From: Octopus vulgaris
Taxonomy: Eukaryota
Direction of reading: 5' to 3'
Length of the DNA stretch: 64,000 bases
Assembly: GCA_951406725.2 (NCBI GenBank)
Contig: OX597825.1
Location: forward strand, 30,380,001-30,444,000
Shown here: piece after piece, positions 13,053 through 28,799 of the stretch
Layout: every line of letters starts with the position of its first letter
Numbering within the stretch: position 1 is the stretch's first letter
Notes under the pieces: generated by a model
Seen by the model: the letters and a program-made list of their open reading frames with translations, nothing else
Told to the model about the DNA's origin: nothing
The model's database searches: none
Translations under genes and position numbers: made by a program

Positions 13053-13985
13053 GGTGGCAAGCTGGCAGAATTGTTACCACACTGAGAAAGCTGCTTAGTG
13101 ACATTTGATCCGTCTTTATATTCTGGGTTCAAAATCTGGCAAGATCAACATCTGCAATTCATCTTTTCAGGATCAATAAAATAAGTACTGCTTGAGAACT
13201 GGAGTTGATGTAATCAACTTATCTCCTCCACTCAAAGTTGCAGGCCTTGTGCCAAAATTTTAGAAAAGGTGGCAAGCTGGCAGAATCATCAGCAGAGTGG
13301 GGAAAATGTTTAGCTGCATTTCACATATGTTTATGTTTTGAGTTCAAATTCTGCTGAGGTCGATTTTGCCTTCATGGTCAATGAAATAAATGCCATTTGA
13401 AGACTGGAATCAATGTAACCAACTTAAGCTCGCCTTGAAATTGCTGGTCTTGTTCTAAAAAGTCTAAGCCATTATCATTATTATTGCAGGTGGCACACTG
13501 GTAGAATCGTTACTGTGGTGGGGAAAATGCTTAGTGGTGTTTCTGAGTTCAAATTCTGCTGAGGTCGATTTTGCCTTCATGGTCAATAGAATAAATACCA
13601 TTTGAAGACTGGAATTTGAAACCATCTGCTGAGGTCGATTTTGCCTTTCATCCTTTAAGGTTTGATAAATTGAGTTCTAGATGTACACTGGGGTTTATGT
13701 AATCAAGTAATCTCCTTCCACCCATAAACTTGCTGGCCTTGTGCCAAAATTTGAAATCTTTATAATTATTATTATCAATGTGGCAAGCTAACAGAATCGG
13801 TACTGTGTTGGATAAAATGTTTAGTAGCATCTCATTTGTCTTCTCATTCTGAGTTCAAAACATTCTGCCAAGGATGACTTAACATTTTATCCCTTCAGGA
13901 TTGATAAAATAGGTACCAGTTGAGTACTGGGATCGATGTAACTGATTTATCCCCTCCCCCATTACAAAATTTGAAACCATTATTA
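13051..13985 (+). mobile_element. Head-to-tail cluster of about five SINE A copies or fragments
   Basis: ggtggca.gctggcagaat heads at about 13052, 13267, 13488 and 13779, plus an internal duplication ctgctgaggtcgattttgcctt. Confidence 0.85.
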
Positions 13986-14499
13986 TTGTTATTTTATGTT
14001 TATTTTACCATGTTTTTTTTCTTTCTTCTTCCTCTCTTGACAGAAGTGTGCCAAGAGAAATCAAGACTTTTCAATATTTATCTATGTACTTGTTCCAATA
14101 AAAGAATCTGAAATATCAATGCCAAGAATGACAACAACAACAACTACAACAAAAATATAAATAAATATCATTTTTGAAAATAAAAGGAGGAAAACAACTA
14201 AAAACTGAATTGTACCTTGGCAATATTTTAATTTTTTTTCATTTTTGTTTATCTGGTTTTGTTTTATTCTTTGTTCTTTGAGTTTTTTTTTCCACTTTCC
14301 TCAGGTGGACTTCTTTTGTTTCATTTTTACCATTGTTCGACTGGAATTCTTTTGTGAGCTTGATTGTTGGATTGTTTTATTTCAGAATTCTTTGAATTTA
14401 AGTCAAAAAGTTAAGTAAGTGATGCCAGCTGTTGTCTAATGCACAGAATGCTGTAGCAGCTGCAGCAACAGTACTTGTAGTAGTAGTAGAAGTAGTAGC

Positions 14500-14534
<35 letters not shown>

Positions 14535-15387
14535 CAGTAGTAGTAGCAACAGCAGCAGTGATGTATTGTATCTCTAACATTTACTTATAGTTCAGGTGTG
14601 AATAATTACAAAGGATGTGTGGCAATGCGAGTTGAGATGATAGAATACCTAGGAATGAACAAAGACAAATTCTTGTACATCAAAAGCATTCAAAGAAAAC
14701 AAAACAAAACACTTTCCAAAAAAAAACAAAAAAAAACAGAACGGAAGAAAGAAACACATAACAAAAAGTAACAAAGCAAAAAATAGTTCCAGCAGAGATG
14801 ATAGGTGATATATATGTACGAAGAGAATAATGATGGCTGTGGGGTAAAATGAGAGAGATTTTTCAAAGAAGGAAACACAATGCCGAACTTAAGATGAAGA
14901 TCTCAAAGAATACAGTAGGAAAGAGGAACACACGATGACAGGTTTCATAGCTGTTAACATTAGCCCATCCCAGCATGGAGAAACTAATTTAAAAGCATTA
15001 CTGCTACAATCACTGTGGCAACTCAGGTTTAATGCCTGAGATTTGAAAGACCGGAACTTTCGTCTTTCGGAAATATCAACAGTACCTTTTATTCATATGA
15101 AGACCCAATGCACTGATTGTCAACATAATCTTTGTTAGTCGTGGGTGTATACATTCACACACACAAAGATGCATTGCATACAGTCATATATGAATATCAT
15201 CATCATCATCATCATCATCGTTTATATACGTATACACGTCCACCTACACACAATACAGGAAGACACACAAATACACTCATACATGCACACACACACATAT
15301 ATATATATATACATACACACATGTATATATATATATATACATGTATATATATATACACATACATATCTATATATATCTATATATATG

Positions 15388-15424
<37 letters not shown>

Positions 15425-15457
15425 ATATATATCCATACATACACATACACACATACA

Positions 15458-15506
<49 letters not shown>

Positions 15507-16015
15507 TATATATATAATATATTTATATATATATATGAATATTCCCATACACACATACATAAACACACACACACACATATATACATATATACACATGTAC
15601 ATCACACACATACATATATATACATGGTTAACCCTTTCTCTCTCTCCCCCTCTCTCTCACTTGCTTTCTCTGAGTAACTAATTCACAGGATAATGTCACA
15701 GCATCATAGGTCATTCAAAACTGTGGATAGATTTCACAGGAAAGTAGGTATCTGCATTTTAATACTTTAGCATAAATTCTTTAAAAAGTTAAATATTTTT
15801 AATGAATACAAAACAGAAAGAAACCTGAGAGGGAGAGAAGACAATGGAAGACAAAATAGAAGAAAGAAAGATAAAGGAAAGGAAGAAAAGAAAGAGGAGG
15901 AAGACAAAGAAGAGAAGGAAGAGGTAAACAAAAGACTTTAGAAGAGAAAAGGAAAGCAGATGATTAAACAAGAAGAGACAAAAAGAAAAAAAATCATGAC
16001 AAAAAAACGTAGTAA

Positions 16016-16068
<53 letters not shown>

Positions 16069-16108
16069 AAACACATAAGTGTAAGATATATATGTACACA
16101 GACATACA

Positions 16109-16206
<98 letters not shown>

Positions 16207-16220
16207 CATATGTATGTATG

Positions 16221-16269
<49 letters not shown>

Positions 16270-16624
16270 ATATATTTATAGATAAATAGATAGATAGATA
16301 TAAGCAGGATGTGACAGCAATGAGAAATAGGTACGAAATGAAAAGCCACCGCCAAAAATCTGATTAAATTGAATAAAATAGTGAGATAATAAAAAAAAAA
16401 TCGGAAGAGTGTAAAAAAAGAAGTAAAAAGTTAAATAAACAGTAAAGACTGCTGACTTGAGTATAAAAAGTCAGTGATATTTCATATATTTGCTATTTTA
16501 TTAATGTATTTATGTAAAATCTTCAGTGAAAATAATCACAATAGACACTAACGATTACCAATCAGGTGTTAACAGTTGGTAGCTGTCAGCAGAACACTTA
16601 GATATTTCAGAATTAAAGAAAAAA

Positions 16625-17930
<1,306 letters not shown>

Positions 17931-18619
17931 CATATTTATATTCATGCATTTCAGTGCAGAAATGTGAGAAGAAAAATACCAATATTTGAACTAGAGAGCT
18001 TATATAATTAATTCAAATTAATGACTTAGCTCTATTGCTACACTCAGTTTTGTACGTTTTGCAACGTTGTGAATGAATGCAGAAAAGCGATAAACTCATG
18101 AAGCAATGCATTGACCCATCAACTTCAACAAAATATAACTAATTATACTCGTTATATTTATGCATCTGTTTTACATGCTGGCATGTAAAGTTTGTGTCTT
18201 TCTTCAGAATGGCTGATCTTTTAGATACATCAGACAGCTACATTTCATTTGTATGTTCTATTTTTGGCTTCTTTTCTATAGCTTTATATTCTTCTTTACA
18301 CCAACAACTTCACAAAGTGAATTAAGTGCATATTATTGTGGCACCAGCACTAGCAGAGTTGTCATGTTCTCAGCAAGACAAGACTAAAGCACCTCTTAAT
18401 CGTACATTGTTTCTTATCATGCACTAATCGTTTTAAGGATGCACTGAGTGCATTTTACTACTGCACCTACATTGGTGAGGTAGCTTTGTACTCTGCACGA
18501 TGGTAGAGTTTTTGCTACATAACCAATAAAATGAATAGAGGAGAAGGTGATTGCTTTAGATGATTTTTGCTTATACATAAATATATTTATATATAATATA
18601 TACTCCTCCTTCTCCTCCT

Positions 18620-18832
18620 CACCATCATCATCATTTGTCCATTTTCCATGTTGGCATGGGTTGGACGGTTTGACTGAAAACTGGTAGGCTGGGGAGCTGC
18701 ACCAGGTTTCAGTCTGATTTGGTAAGGTTTCTACAGCTGGATGCCCTTCTTAATGTTAACCACTCCAAGAATTTAGTGGGTGCTTTTTACATGCCACTGG
18801 CATGGGTGCCAGTTACATAGCACCAGCATCAG
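18620..18832 (-). mobile_element. Family E repeat 3' part ending in (GAT)n
   Basis: ccatg.tggcatgggttggac...gtttctacagctggatgcccttc shared with 19120-19640, 63400-63580, 11380-11510 and 23380-23620. Confidence 0.7.
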
Positions 18833-18881
<49 letters not shown>

Positions 18882-19119
18882 TTATTGCCCACAAGGGGCT
18901 AAACACAGTTGTAAATGCAACCCTCTATGGAATAACGTATATCCAATATACTGTTAGTGAAGTACCCAACAAAGTTAATACATAATGTTAATGATAAATG
19001 TTAAATGTAATTGATATTTGATTTAGATGTATTTCTCCATTTTCTTATCTTGTATATATATATATATACATATGTAAATATATATATGTATATGCATATG
19101 TGTATATATATATATATAT

Positions 19120-19640
19120 CATCATCATCATCACCATCATCATCATCATTGTTTAATGTCCGCTTTCCACGCTTGCATGGGTTGGACGATGTGACTGAGG
19201 ACTGGCAAACCAGATGGCTGCACCAGGCTCCAACCTTGATCTGGCAGAGTTTCTAAAGCTGTATGACCTTCCTAACTCCAACCACTCCATGAGTGTAGTG
19301 GGTGCTTTTATGTACCACTGGCACGAGGGCCAGTCAGGCAGTACTGGCAACGGCCATGCTCAAATGGGTTTTTTTACATGCCGCCTGCACAGGAGCCAGT
19401 CCAGCGGCACTGGCAATGACCTTGCCTGAATGTTTTTTCACGTGTCACCGGCACAAGTGCCAGTAAGGCGATGCTTGTAATGATCACTCTCAAATGGTGC
19501 TTTTTATGTGCCACCAGCACGGAAGCCAGTTAGCTGCTTCGGCAACAATCATGCTCTGATGGTGCTCTTAGCGCTCCACTAGCACAGATGCCGGTCATCA
19601 AATTTGATTTCGATTTCACTTGCCTCAACAGGTTTTCATG
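19120..19640 (-). mobile_element. Family E repeat with internal GC-rich degenerate tandem subrepeats
   Basis: Four diverged units of about 60 bp (gt.ccac.ggcac..gccagt...ggcaacga.c..gctcaaatg) between 19310 and 19590. Confidence 0.7.
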
Positions 19641-20319
19641 TGGGTGTCTTTGTCTCTGTGTGGGAGTATGTGCAGCTATGTAGGTGTGTGAATGTATACC
19701 TATATGCCAATACACATCCCAACCTATGTTAACAAGTATACCAACCCTCTCACCCTCCCAGACTCTTTCACCTGCATATATATTCTTTTTCTTTATTTTT
19801 TCTTTCTTTTTCTAGTACCTTTTCTCATTTTAAACTTAATGTAATTTAGTCCCTCCCTATGTCTTTTTCCTATATACTTACCCTTGTAACAAAATTTTCG
19901 TTTGATTTCTTTCTTTCTTGTCTACAGTGTATATGTTTATATTTACAATTATTCACTATTTTTGTTATGGACATTTAATAATAATGACTATTGCAGCAAC
20001 ACCGCATTTCCTAACTGGAGCAGGCAAATAGAAACATGGTAGCCTAAACTCAAAATCTTTAATGAAACACTACTTTATGTATGAATGTATCTGATGTGGC
20101 CCAGGCTACAAAATGGATGCAACACAACATGATGCACAGAATCCCACCCATAAGAGACAGTAGTAGGGTGGGTCGAAGTGATCTTCACACAAAATAAAGA
20201 CTAATACTAAATCTATCTTCCAGTTACTTAAACAATTATTATCTCAGCCAACACTGCAGAATTCCTGATGTAGATTCAATGGAAATATACTACAACTGTA
20301 GATGACAACTGGTAACCCA

Positions 20320-20533
20320 AACTGCGCTATATTTTTATATTTAAGTGATGAGGAATTATGTACATTATTTACATTATTTACATTATTTACATTTGACGGA
20401 TATTTGTTCTCATCTTGTTTGTTGTTAACACGTTTTGGCTGCTATATCCTCCAGCCTTCATCAGGTGTCTTGGTGAAATTTTGAACCTGGGTTCTCATTC
20501 CTAAGGTAATTTTCGATGTTGTTGTTGTTGTTG

Positions 20534-20580
<47 letters not shown>

Positions 20581-20751
20581 GTTATTGTTGTTGTTATTGT
20601 TGTTGTTGTTGTTGTTGCTATTATTATTATTATTATGATTATTATTATTATGATTATTATTATATGCCCACAGGCATATGGCGTAGTGGCTAAGAGCATG
20701 GGTCTACTAACCCCATGATTCTGAGTTCGATTCTGGGCAGTGACCTGAATA

Positions 20752-20789
<38 letters not shown>

Positions 20790-20936
20790 CATAAAAAAAA
20801 TACCTTAGGAATTAGAACCCAGGTTCGAAATTTCCCCAAGACACCTGATGAAGGCTGGAGGTAAATCAGCCAAAACGTGTTAAGAACAAACAAGATGAGG
20901 ACAAACATCAGTCAAATGTAAACAATGTACATAATG
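20320..20936. mobile_element. Inverted Penelope-like terminal repeats with hammerhead motif and an internal tRNA-like head
   Basis: About 20356-20525 is the reverse complement of about 20785-20936; both contain ACAC-CTGATGA-A-GGCTG..CAGCC-aAAAC-GTGT; box A TGGCGTAGTGG at 20679 and box B GAGTTCGATTC at 20723. Confidence 0.7.
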
Positions 20937-21282
20937 TCTGCTAGTGCTTTACTCAAAACTTCAGCACACTAATTGATATATAACCATTAGTCCAAAATAT
21001 TACATATATATACATAATAATTTTCTATTTGGGTATACACCTTACAGTATGCCATTTAAAGCCCATTTGACTACCCTCTGTCATCAGTAGTATGGGGGTA
21101 TATGCCACTAGATTACTTCAGGAATTCCATCATCTACATAGTCTTTGTCTGTGTATATGTCTGGATAGATGTATAAACATAGGGCTTGTTCCCTTCTCCA
21201 TTTGTCCAAATGTATATGCGGACTGATCTGTGCACAATTCGATATATGTGTATATGTGTGCACATGTGTGTTGATGTGTATG

Positions 21283-21362
<80 letters not shown>

Positions 21363-21399
21363 TAGACAGATACACACACACACACATATATATACATAT

Positions 21400-21805
21400 T
21401 CTCTTTTCTCTTTTCTCTTTTACTTGTTTCAGTCATTTGACTGCGGCCATGCTGGAGCACCGCCTTTAATCAAGCAACTCGACCCCGGGACTTATTCTTT
21501 GTAAGCCCAGTACTTATTCTATCGGTCTCTTTTTTGCCGAACCGCTATGTGACGGGGACGTAAACACACCAGCATCGGTTGTCAAGCGATGCTAAGGGGA
21601 CAAACACAGACACACAAACACACACATATATATATATACATATATACGACAGGCTTCTTTCAGTTTCCGTCTACCAAATCCACTCACAAGGCATTGGTCG
21701 GCCCGGGGCTATAGCAGAAGACACTTGCCCAAGATGCCACGCAGTGGGACTGAACCCGGAACCATGTGGTTGGTTAGCAAGCTACTTACCACACAGCTAC
21801 TCCTA
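21400..21805 (-). mobile_element. SINE family B, full length
   Basis: Near-identical to the reverse complement of 62283-62689: tRNA-like head, internal (TA)/(TG) tract, gactgaaacaagtaaaagag tail. Confidence 0.9.
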
Positions 21806-22209
21806 CACACACACATATATATATAACGGGAAGCTTTATGAAAATAAATATATGTATATAGGCACAGTCATGGCTGTGTGATAAGAAGTTTGCATCCCTG
21901 TGTGTGTGTGTGTGCATGTGTGTGTGTGAAGACATGTAGCTTAGCAGTTAGGGTATTTGGCTTACAACCATAAGGTCATGAGTTCAATTCCCAGCAATGC
22001 ATTGTCTCCTTAAGCAAGTCACTTTATATCACATTGCTCCAGTTCACTCAGCTGGGAAAAATGAGATACCTATTGACAACACACCTGATGAAACACATTT
22101 GCACCTACAATACACCACAACTGTTTCGGTTGTATCTCACCTGCAAGGCACCGGTGCTTGATGGGTTGAAACAATCATAGGCAATAGTAAGGTCTCATGA
22201 CATTTTCTT

Positions 22210-22281
<72 letters not shown>

Positions 22282-22657
22282 TGTATATTTATTTATCCAC
22301 TCTACTCAACATATTGAGTTATATATCAGATGTGAAATACGTTCTGATACACCTTACAACTCTTGTAATATATAATCTATATATGATATGGTATACACAA
22401 ACACAGGCACACACTCATACACACATACCCATTATCATAAAAGAAGAACTTAGTAGTTTGCTCGAAGCAATGTGATATAAGAAAACAATAAAAAATGTAA
22501 TGTGGAGAGCTTCTTACAATGCAAAGAGAAAATTTATGATTAATAAATCATTAATTCCCTCTTCACCTCATAAGAAAGTCTCTGCATTATTTCTTTATTG
22601 TTTTTCATATACGCACATACACATGTGCATGCACACACAAGCACACATAAGTATACA

Positions 22658-22810
<153 letters not shown>

Positions 22811-22811
22811 G

Positions 22812-22869
<58 letters not shown>

Positions 22870-23644
22870 TATATATCACAATGTAAGAGTTGTAAAGAAT
22901 GCAAAAATATATTATCTGATATAGAACTCAATATATGTTGGATAGTGTGGATGAATATATTTATTTTATAGTCATTTTTAGTATATTTATTATAGTATAT
23001 TTATTTGACAGTCTCCCCTAATATCATAAATAGACATACACACTCACACACATACACACATGCATTACACATAGAAACACACCAAACTGATATTTTCTGA
23101 TATTCAACGCATTCCTCATCTTTAACCATTTGCACACTATTCTCTCTCTTGCACATTTAACCATTCATCTCACCATTTTTTTTGCCCCTCACCTATTTTA
23201 TTTCTTTTATATTTACTTTTCACCTTGACTTCACATCTCTCTCCCCACCTCTCTCTCTCCCTTTCCCCTCTCTCTCTTTTTCCAGATGAGCAAGCCATGC
23301 CCTTCAGCAACCATCTCTTCAGCAAGACACCCACCAATTCTGTCCCTCTATCATACTTTCATATTCCTCAACACTACAGCCTGCATAGGTCAGATGGTCT
23401 TGCCTATGAGGTACTTGGTGACGTCACCAGTGCTGGTGCCACAGAAAAACACCAGCTGCACTCTTCGAGATGGCAGGTGTTACGGCAGGCATTCAGCCAT
23501 AGAAACAATGCCAAACCAGACATTGGGACTCGGTGCAGTCTTTTTGCTCGGCTTATCATCTCAAACTATCAAACCCATGCCAGCATGGGGAAAAAAAATT
23601 CTAAATGAAGATGATGATGATATATATATATATATGTATGCATC

Positions 23645-23701
<57 letters not shown>

Positions 23702-23773
23702 TTATAAGTGTGTATATACATACATATATACATTTCTATATATATGTATATATTTCAAATTTTTTTTTATTTA

Positions 23774-24069
23774 TGCGCCCTTTTCAAGCCCAGCCAGACT
23801 TATGGGCCTGGTTTCCCGGTTTCTGTGGCATATGTGTTCCCCCCAGTCCATCGCAGCGTTACTCAAGAAACAGGAAGATAGAGTGAGAGAAAGTTGGGGC
23901 AAAAGAGTACAACAAGGGTCGCCACCACTCCCTGCTGGAGCCTCGTGGGGCCTCGTGGAGCCTTAGATGTTTTCGCTCAATAAACGCACACAACACCCAG
24001 TCTGGGAAGCGAAACCACGATCCTCCGACCGTGAGTCCGCTGTGCTAACCACTGGGCCATTGCGCCTCC
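23774..24069 (-). mobile_element. SINE family C (tRNA head, V-domain-like gcgatggactgg)
   Basis: GGAGGCGCAATGGCCCAGTGGTTAG...GGTTTCGCTTCC head; A-rich tail. Confidence 0.85.
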
Positions 24070-24074
24070 ATATG

Positions 24075-24105
<31 letters not shown>

Positions 24106-24177
24106 TTATATATGTATGTATATATGTATATGTATATATATATAAATATATGTATATATGTATGTATGTATATATGC

Positions 24178-24209
<32 letters not shown>

Positions 24210-24322
24210 GCATGTATATATATATGTACACACACATATATATATGCATATATATATGTATATATATATATATGTATGCATATATATATATACACACACA
24301 TATATATATATACACATACATA

Positions 24323-24428
<106 letters not shown>

Positions 24429-24904
24429 AACACACACATGCACACATGCACACTCATACACACACATACACAGGCAAGGAAAGAATAAAGAAATTTTGCA
24501 GTGAGATTTTGTGTCATTTCTCTGCAGGAAGTGCATCTGATGAAGAAGCTGCTAATAATATCAAATCAATTGACAATGGGGACAACTAGTGACTAATTTA
24601 TTACTGTATTCACTATGAAATAGGACGACTTAAAGTCTTTACTGCAGCCAAATCCCAAATAAAACTCTGTGAAGATATTGACTTTTTATTTTGAATTCTC
24701 TTTATGAGAGATACTTAGCCTAATTTAACATTCCAGTAGGAAATGCTTCTCATGCTGGTAAGGCTTTTAAGAAAGATTTGGTGTTTTGTCTTGCAAGCTA
24801 TTTGGTGACCTCACTCATCCAAGTGAGAAGAAAAAGCAGCACCCAGAACAGTGTATAAATTAAGTATTGTTAAGAAGAGCACCCAGTTATAGGGGCTATA
24901 AAGA

Positions 24905-25358
24905 GAGGGGAAAAACAAGGACAGACAAACGGATTAAGTCGATTATATCAACCCCAGTGCATAACTGGTACTTATTTAATCGACCCCAAAAGGATGAAAA
25001 GCAAAGTTGACCTTGGCAGAATTTGAACTCAGAACGTAACGGCAGATGAAATACCACTAAGTATTTCACCTGGCATACCAACAGGTCTGCATTCTCACCA
25101 TCTTATAGATGGGATTGTAATATTCTTATTTCTTTACTGCCCACAAGGGGCTACACAGAAAGGGGACAAACAAGAACAGACAAACGGATTAAATCGATTA
25201 TATCAACCCCAGTGCATAACTGGTACTTATTTAATCGACCATGAAAGGATGAAAGGCAAAGCCGACCTCGGCAGAATTTGAACTCAGAATGTAACGGCAG
25301 ACGAAATACCGCTAAGCATTTCGCCCGGCACGCTAATGTTTCTACCAGCTCACCGCCT
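24905..25358 (-). mobile_element. Two tandem SINE A copies (24905-25103 and 25125-25358)
   Basis: Both match the reverse complement of 11601-11822 and 49641-49871. Confidence 0.9.
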
Positions 25359-25529
25359 TCCAGTTATAGAAACCAAGCTGAAAAAAACATAGGAGCTTGG
25401 TGCAGTCCTCTAACCAACTGGATCCTGTTGAACCAGCCAACCCATGCCAGCTTGGAATATGGACACTAAAGGATGATGAAGATGACAATAAGACAATTAC
25501 AATGTATACAGAGAAGAATACGTATCTCT

Positions 25530-25890
25530 TAACTTTCTTTTCCTTGTTTCAGTCATTAACTGTGGCCATGCTGGAGCACCGCCTTTAGTCGAGCAAATTG
25601 ACCCCAGGACGTATTCTATGTAAGCCTAATACTTATTCTATCGGTCTCTTTTGCCGAACCACTAAATTACAGGGATGTAAACACACCAGCATCAGTTGTC
25701 AAGCAATGTTGAGGGAACAAACACAGACACACAAACATATACACACACACACTCACACACATATATATTCGATGGGCTTCTTTCAGGTTCCAGTAGAAGA
25801 CACTTACCCAAGGTGCTATGCAGTGGTACTGAACCCAGAACCATATGGTTGGTAAGCAAGCTACTTACCACACAGCCACTCCTACGCCTA
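25530..25890 (-). mobile_element. SINE family B with internal deletion
   Basis: Matches 21400-21805 except for a gap near 25790. Confidence 0.85.
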
Positions 25891-26191
25891 CAACAGAAAC
25901 ATATGTCAGATTTAAATTAAATATGCTGTAGAATTGACTGCAAAAATAAAAATAATAAATGTACAGATGTATTATTCTTTGTATTCATTGTAATTGTCTT
26001 GGATGCACAGTTGGTAAACTATTTATAATCCAATGAAGCGAACCCAGGATTTTCCCATTGGATGAAATACAATAGGGTTGCTTACATCAAATAATCCTGG
26101 GTGTTCAATACCACTTGATGCAGTTAACCATGATTTCAATTATAATTGAATACCTCAAAGGTACCTACCTGGATATATTATCTCTATCTAT

Positions 26192-26230
<39 letters not shown>

Positions 26231-26554
26231 GAGACCCCCTTCGGTCAGGACACAGACCATGGGATTGCACCTAGAAAGTCACCCACCCAGGCACAAGTCC
26301 GGGCAAGGTTGTTTATGGAAGACCAGCAGTCACCCATGCATACCAGCCTCTCCTCTCCACGCCATCCAATGTTATCCAAGGGAAAGGCAAAGACCGATAC
26401 TGCTTGGCACCAGTGACATCGCAACTCATTTCTACAGCTGAGTGAACTGGAGCAACGTGAAATAAAATGTCTTGCTCAAGAACACAACCTGCAGCCCAGT
26501 CCAGGATTCGAGTTCACAACCTCACGATCGTAAGCTTGACGCTCTAACCACTGA

Positions 26555-26558
<4 letters not shown>
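26231..26558 (-). mobile_element. SINE family D inserted in a (TA)n tract
   Basis: TGGCTCAGTGGTTAGAGCG...ACTCGAATCC head; collinear with 47407-47741. Confidence 0.85.
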
Positions 26559-26592
<34 letters not shown>

Positions 26593-26804
26593 AACACACA
26601 TATGATAAATAGACATACATGCCCTGTATAACGTAGCTGAATTTGACTACATAAAGTATTTAATCCCTGAAAATTGTGTATTATTATTAGGAACTGATAA
26701 GAGTCTACAGAATGTTTCGGCTAAATTTGACAGTTTGCATGGAAGGAAAAACCATAACATCCTGTCCAAAAATAAAAGTATTTTTAAAACAGTAAAAAAC
26801 ATCA

Positions 26805-27170
26805 ATTAGATTAAGCTACCATCAGCTTCCACTGCAGCCTCAAGATAGCTCCAGAATCTGGTGCATGCATTCCTCACCATGTCCCTTGGAAGATCTTTGA
26901 AATCTTCCATCTTTTTGGTAACCAGCTCGGCTTTAGTGTTTTAGACAGAGTGGTTGGTGTCTTTCTCAATTGTTCCCCACATATAGTAATCTATGAGATT
27001 ACAATCAGAGCAATTAAGACAGTAGAAATTAGAACCAGTGAAATTGTGGAAATTATCTGACAATCACTTCTGATTCTTTTCAGTGGTATGGCAAGGAACT
27101 AAATCCTGATGCCACATATATAACCTTCCAGAAGTAATCCTCACCAGCCTGGGATTGACCACAGACTTTG
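26805..27170 (-). mobile_element. DD37D/maT-type transposase C-terminal relic
   Basis: SGRLYVWHQDLVPCHT...LSDNFH...SDCNLIDYYMWGTIEKDTN...NACTRFWSYLEAAVEADG, homologous to the 61500-61857 translation. Confidence 0.8.
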
Positions 27171-28477
27171 ATGATGTGATTATTTATTTTTAGAAGGGTA
27201 TTGTAGTTTAGGTGGGGTGGCTAGATCTTACCACTTTGAACATAAAGCAGGTGGAATATTTAATCTTGGTATGGCCATTTAATTGCTATATTTCTAAGAA
27301 ATACATAGGAGATATATCCTGTGTAAATTTAAAGAACATAATTAATTTTTGATTCAGCCAGATGCACCAGAATATCTGATCTGACAAAGAGCAGCATAAT
27401 ATCTGAAGGATCTTTCAGAGAGACATAAGTTTAAAGAAGTACTAGCTGATACATACACCTTGAAGGAGAAGGAAATGATAATGATGTCTAGAGTAGAAGA
27501 CTCTCTTTGAGAAGAAACAACATGAAATATGACTAAGAAAAGTTGAAAAATCAGAAGAGCAAACAGAAGAGAGAGGGCCTACTCAAATTTGACACAATAT
27601 AAAGATAGCAAAGCTAGGAAAGTAGCCATGCCATCGAGAATAATTGCAAAATATGAATAAAAATCTATCAGCATGATGAGAGTTCTCAGCTAAACATCTG
27701 TTTATTATTATAGCTCAAAAGGCCAGAAAAGAAGAATTTCAGTCCACAACCTAGTTCTCTTGACTGGATTGGCTAAAGGAATAGAAAAGAAATTCCACTC
27801 TTGAAAACCAAGTCTGTCAGTGAAAGATTTTATAGAATAACAAACAGCAACAAAAGTTTTATGAAGCAAGAATGAAAATGAAACTCAACTACCAACTGGG
27901 AAGTGGCCAAGATCACTATGCAAAAAAAATGCAAAAGTAGGAATGCCATGTAGTGTTATCAGGGAAAATTATGGACACACAGGAATGGTTGTGTGCTTAA
28001 GAAGGTCACTTCCTAGCTACATAGCTGCAGGCTCAATTCCACTTCATGCCAGCTCAGACAAGTGTTTTCTTCTATAACTCCTGGCTGACTAAAGCCTTGT
28101 GAGTGGATTTGGTAGACAGAAACTGAAAGAATCTCACCATATATGTTTACATATATCTTATACATGTGATTGTGTGGATATATATATTATATATATATAT
28201 AGCTCTCTGTAACTTGGTATAATATAACTTGGTATAATAAAGTGTTTACTGATGATTCTTTTTGGTTAAGCATCCGAAGATAGATAGATAGATAGACACA
28301 TACATGCATACATATGTACATTCTTAGGTACATGCATGCATGCATGCATGCATATATACATACATACATACATACATACATACATACATGTCCTCTGTAA
28401 AAGCACGTTTAGGATTCTTGACATCTTTTGACATGTTGCACAAACTTTGTAAACCAAAAGCACATTCGTATGATATC

Positions 28478-28710
28478 TATTTCTTTATTGCCCTCAAGGG
28501 GCTAAACACAGAGGGGACAAACAAGGACAGAAAAAGGGATTAAGTCAATTACATCGACCCCAGTGCGTAACTGGTATTTATTTAATTGACCCTGAAAGGA
28601 TGAAAGGCAAAGTCGACCTTGGCAGAATTTGAACTTACAATGTAATGGCAGATGAAACACCGCTAAGCATTTCGCCCGGCATGCTAACAATTCTGCTAGT
28701 TCATCGCCTT
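28478..28710 (-). mobile_element. SINE family A (tail type 1)
   Basis: Collinear with the other A copies. Confidence 0.9.
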
Positions 28711-28799
28711 CATTTAACAAATGATATCATTTGTTTCTTGTCCTACACAGAAAAAAAATGTCCAAGCTGTTTATTTTCTAATAGACTGGGATATTATTA

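Noticed and set aside
20672-20747. tRNA gene
   Set aside because: A and B boxes are present but the acceptor stem does not pair convincingly; better read as a SINE-like head, as are the other tRNA-like heads
24505-24589. Possible terminal exon after tttctctgcag ([19 protein letters not shown])
   Set aside because: Short, no recognisable homology and no partner exons; its CTGATGA has no matching stem II/GAAA
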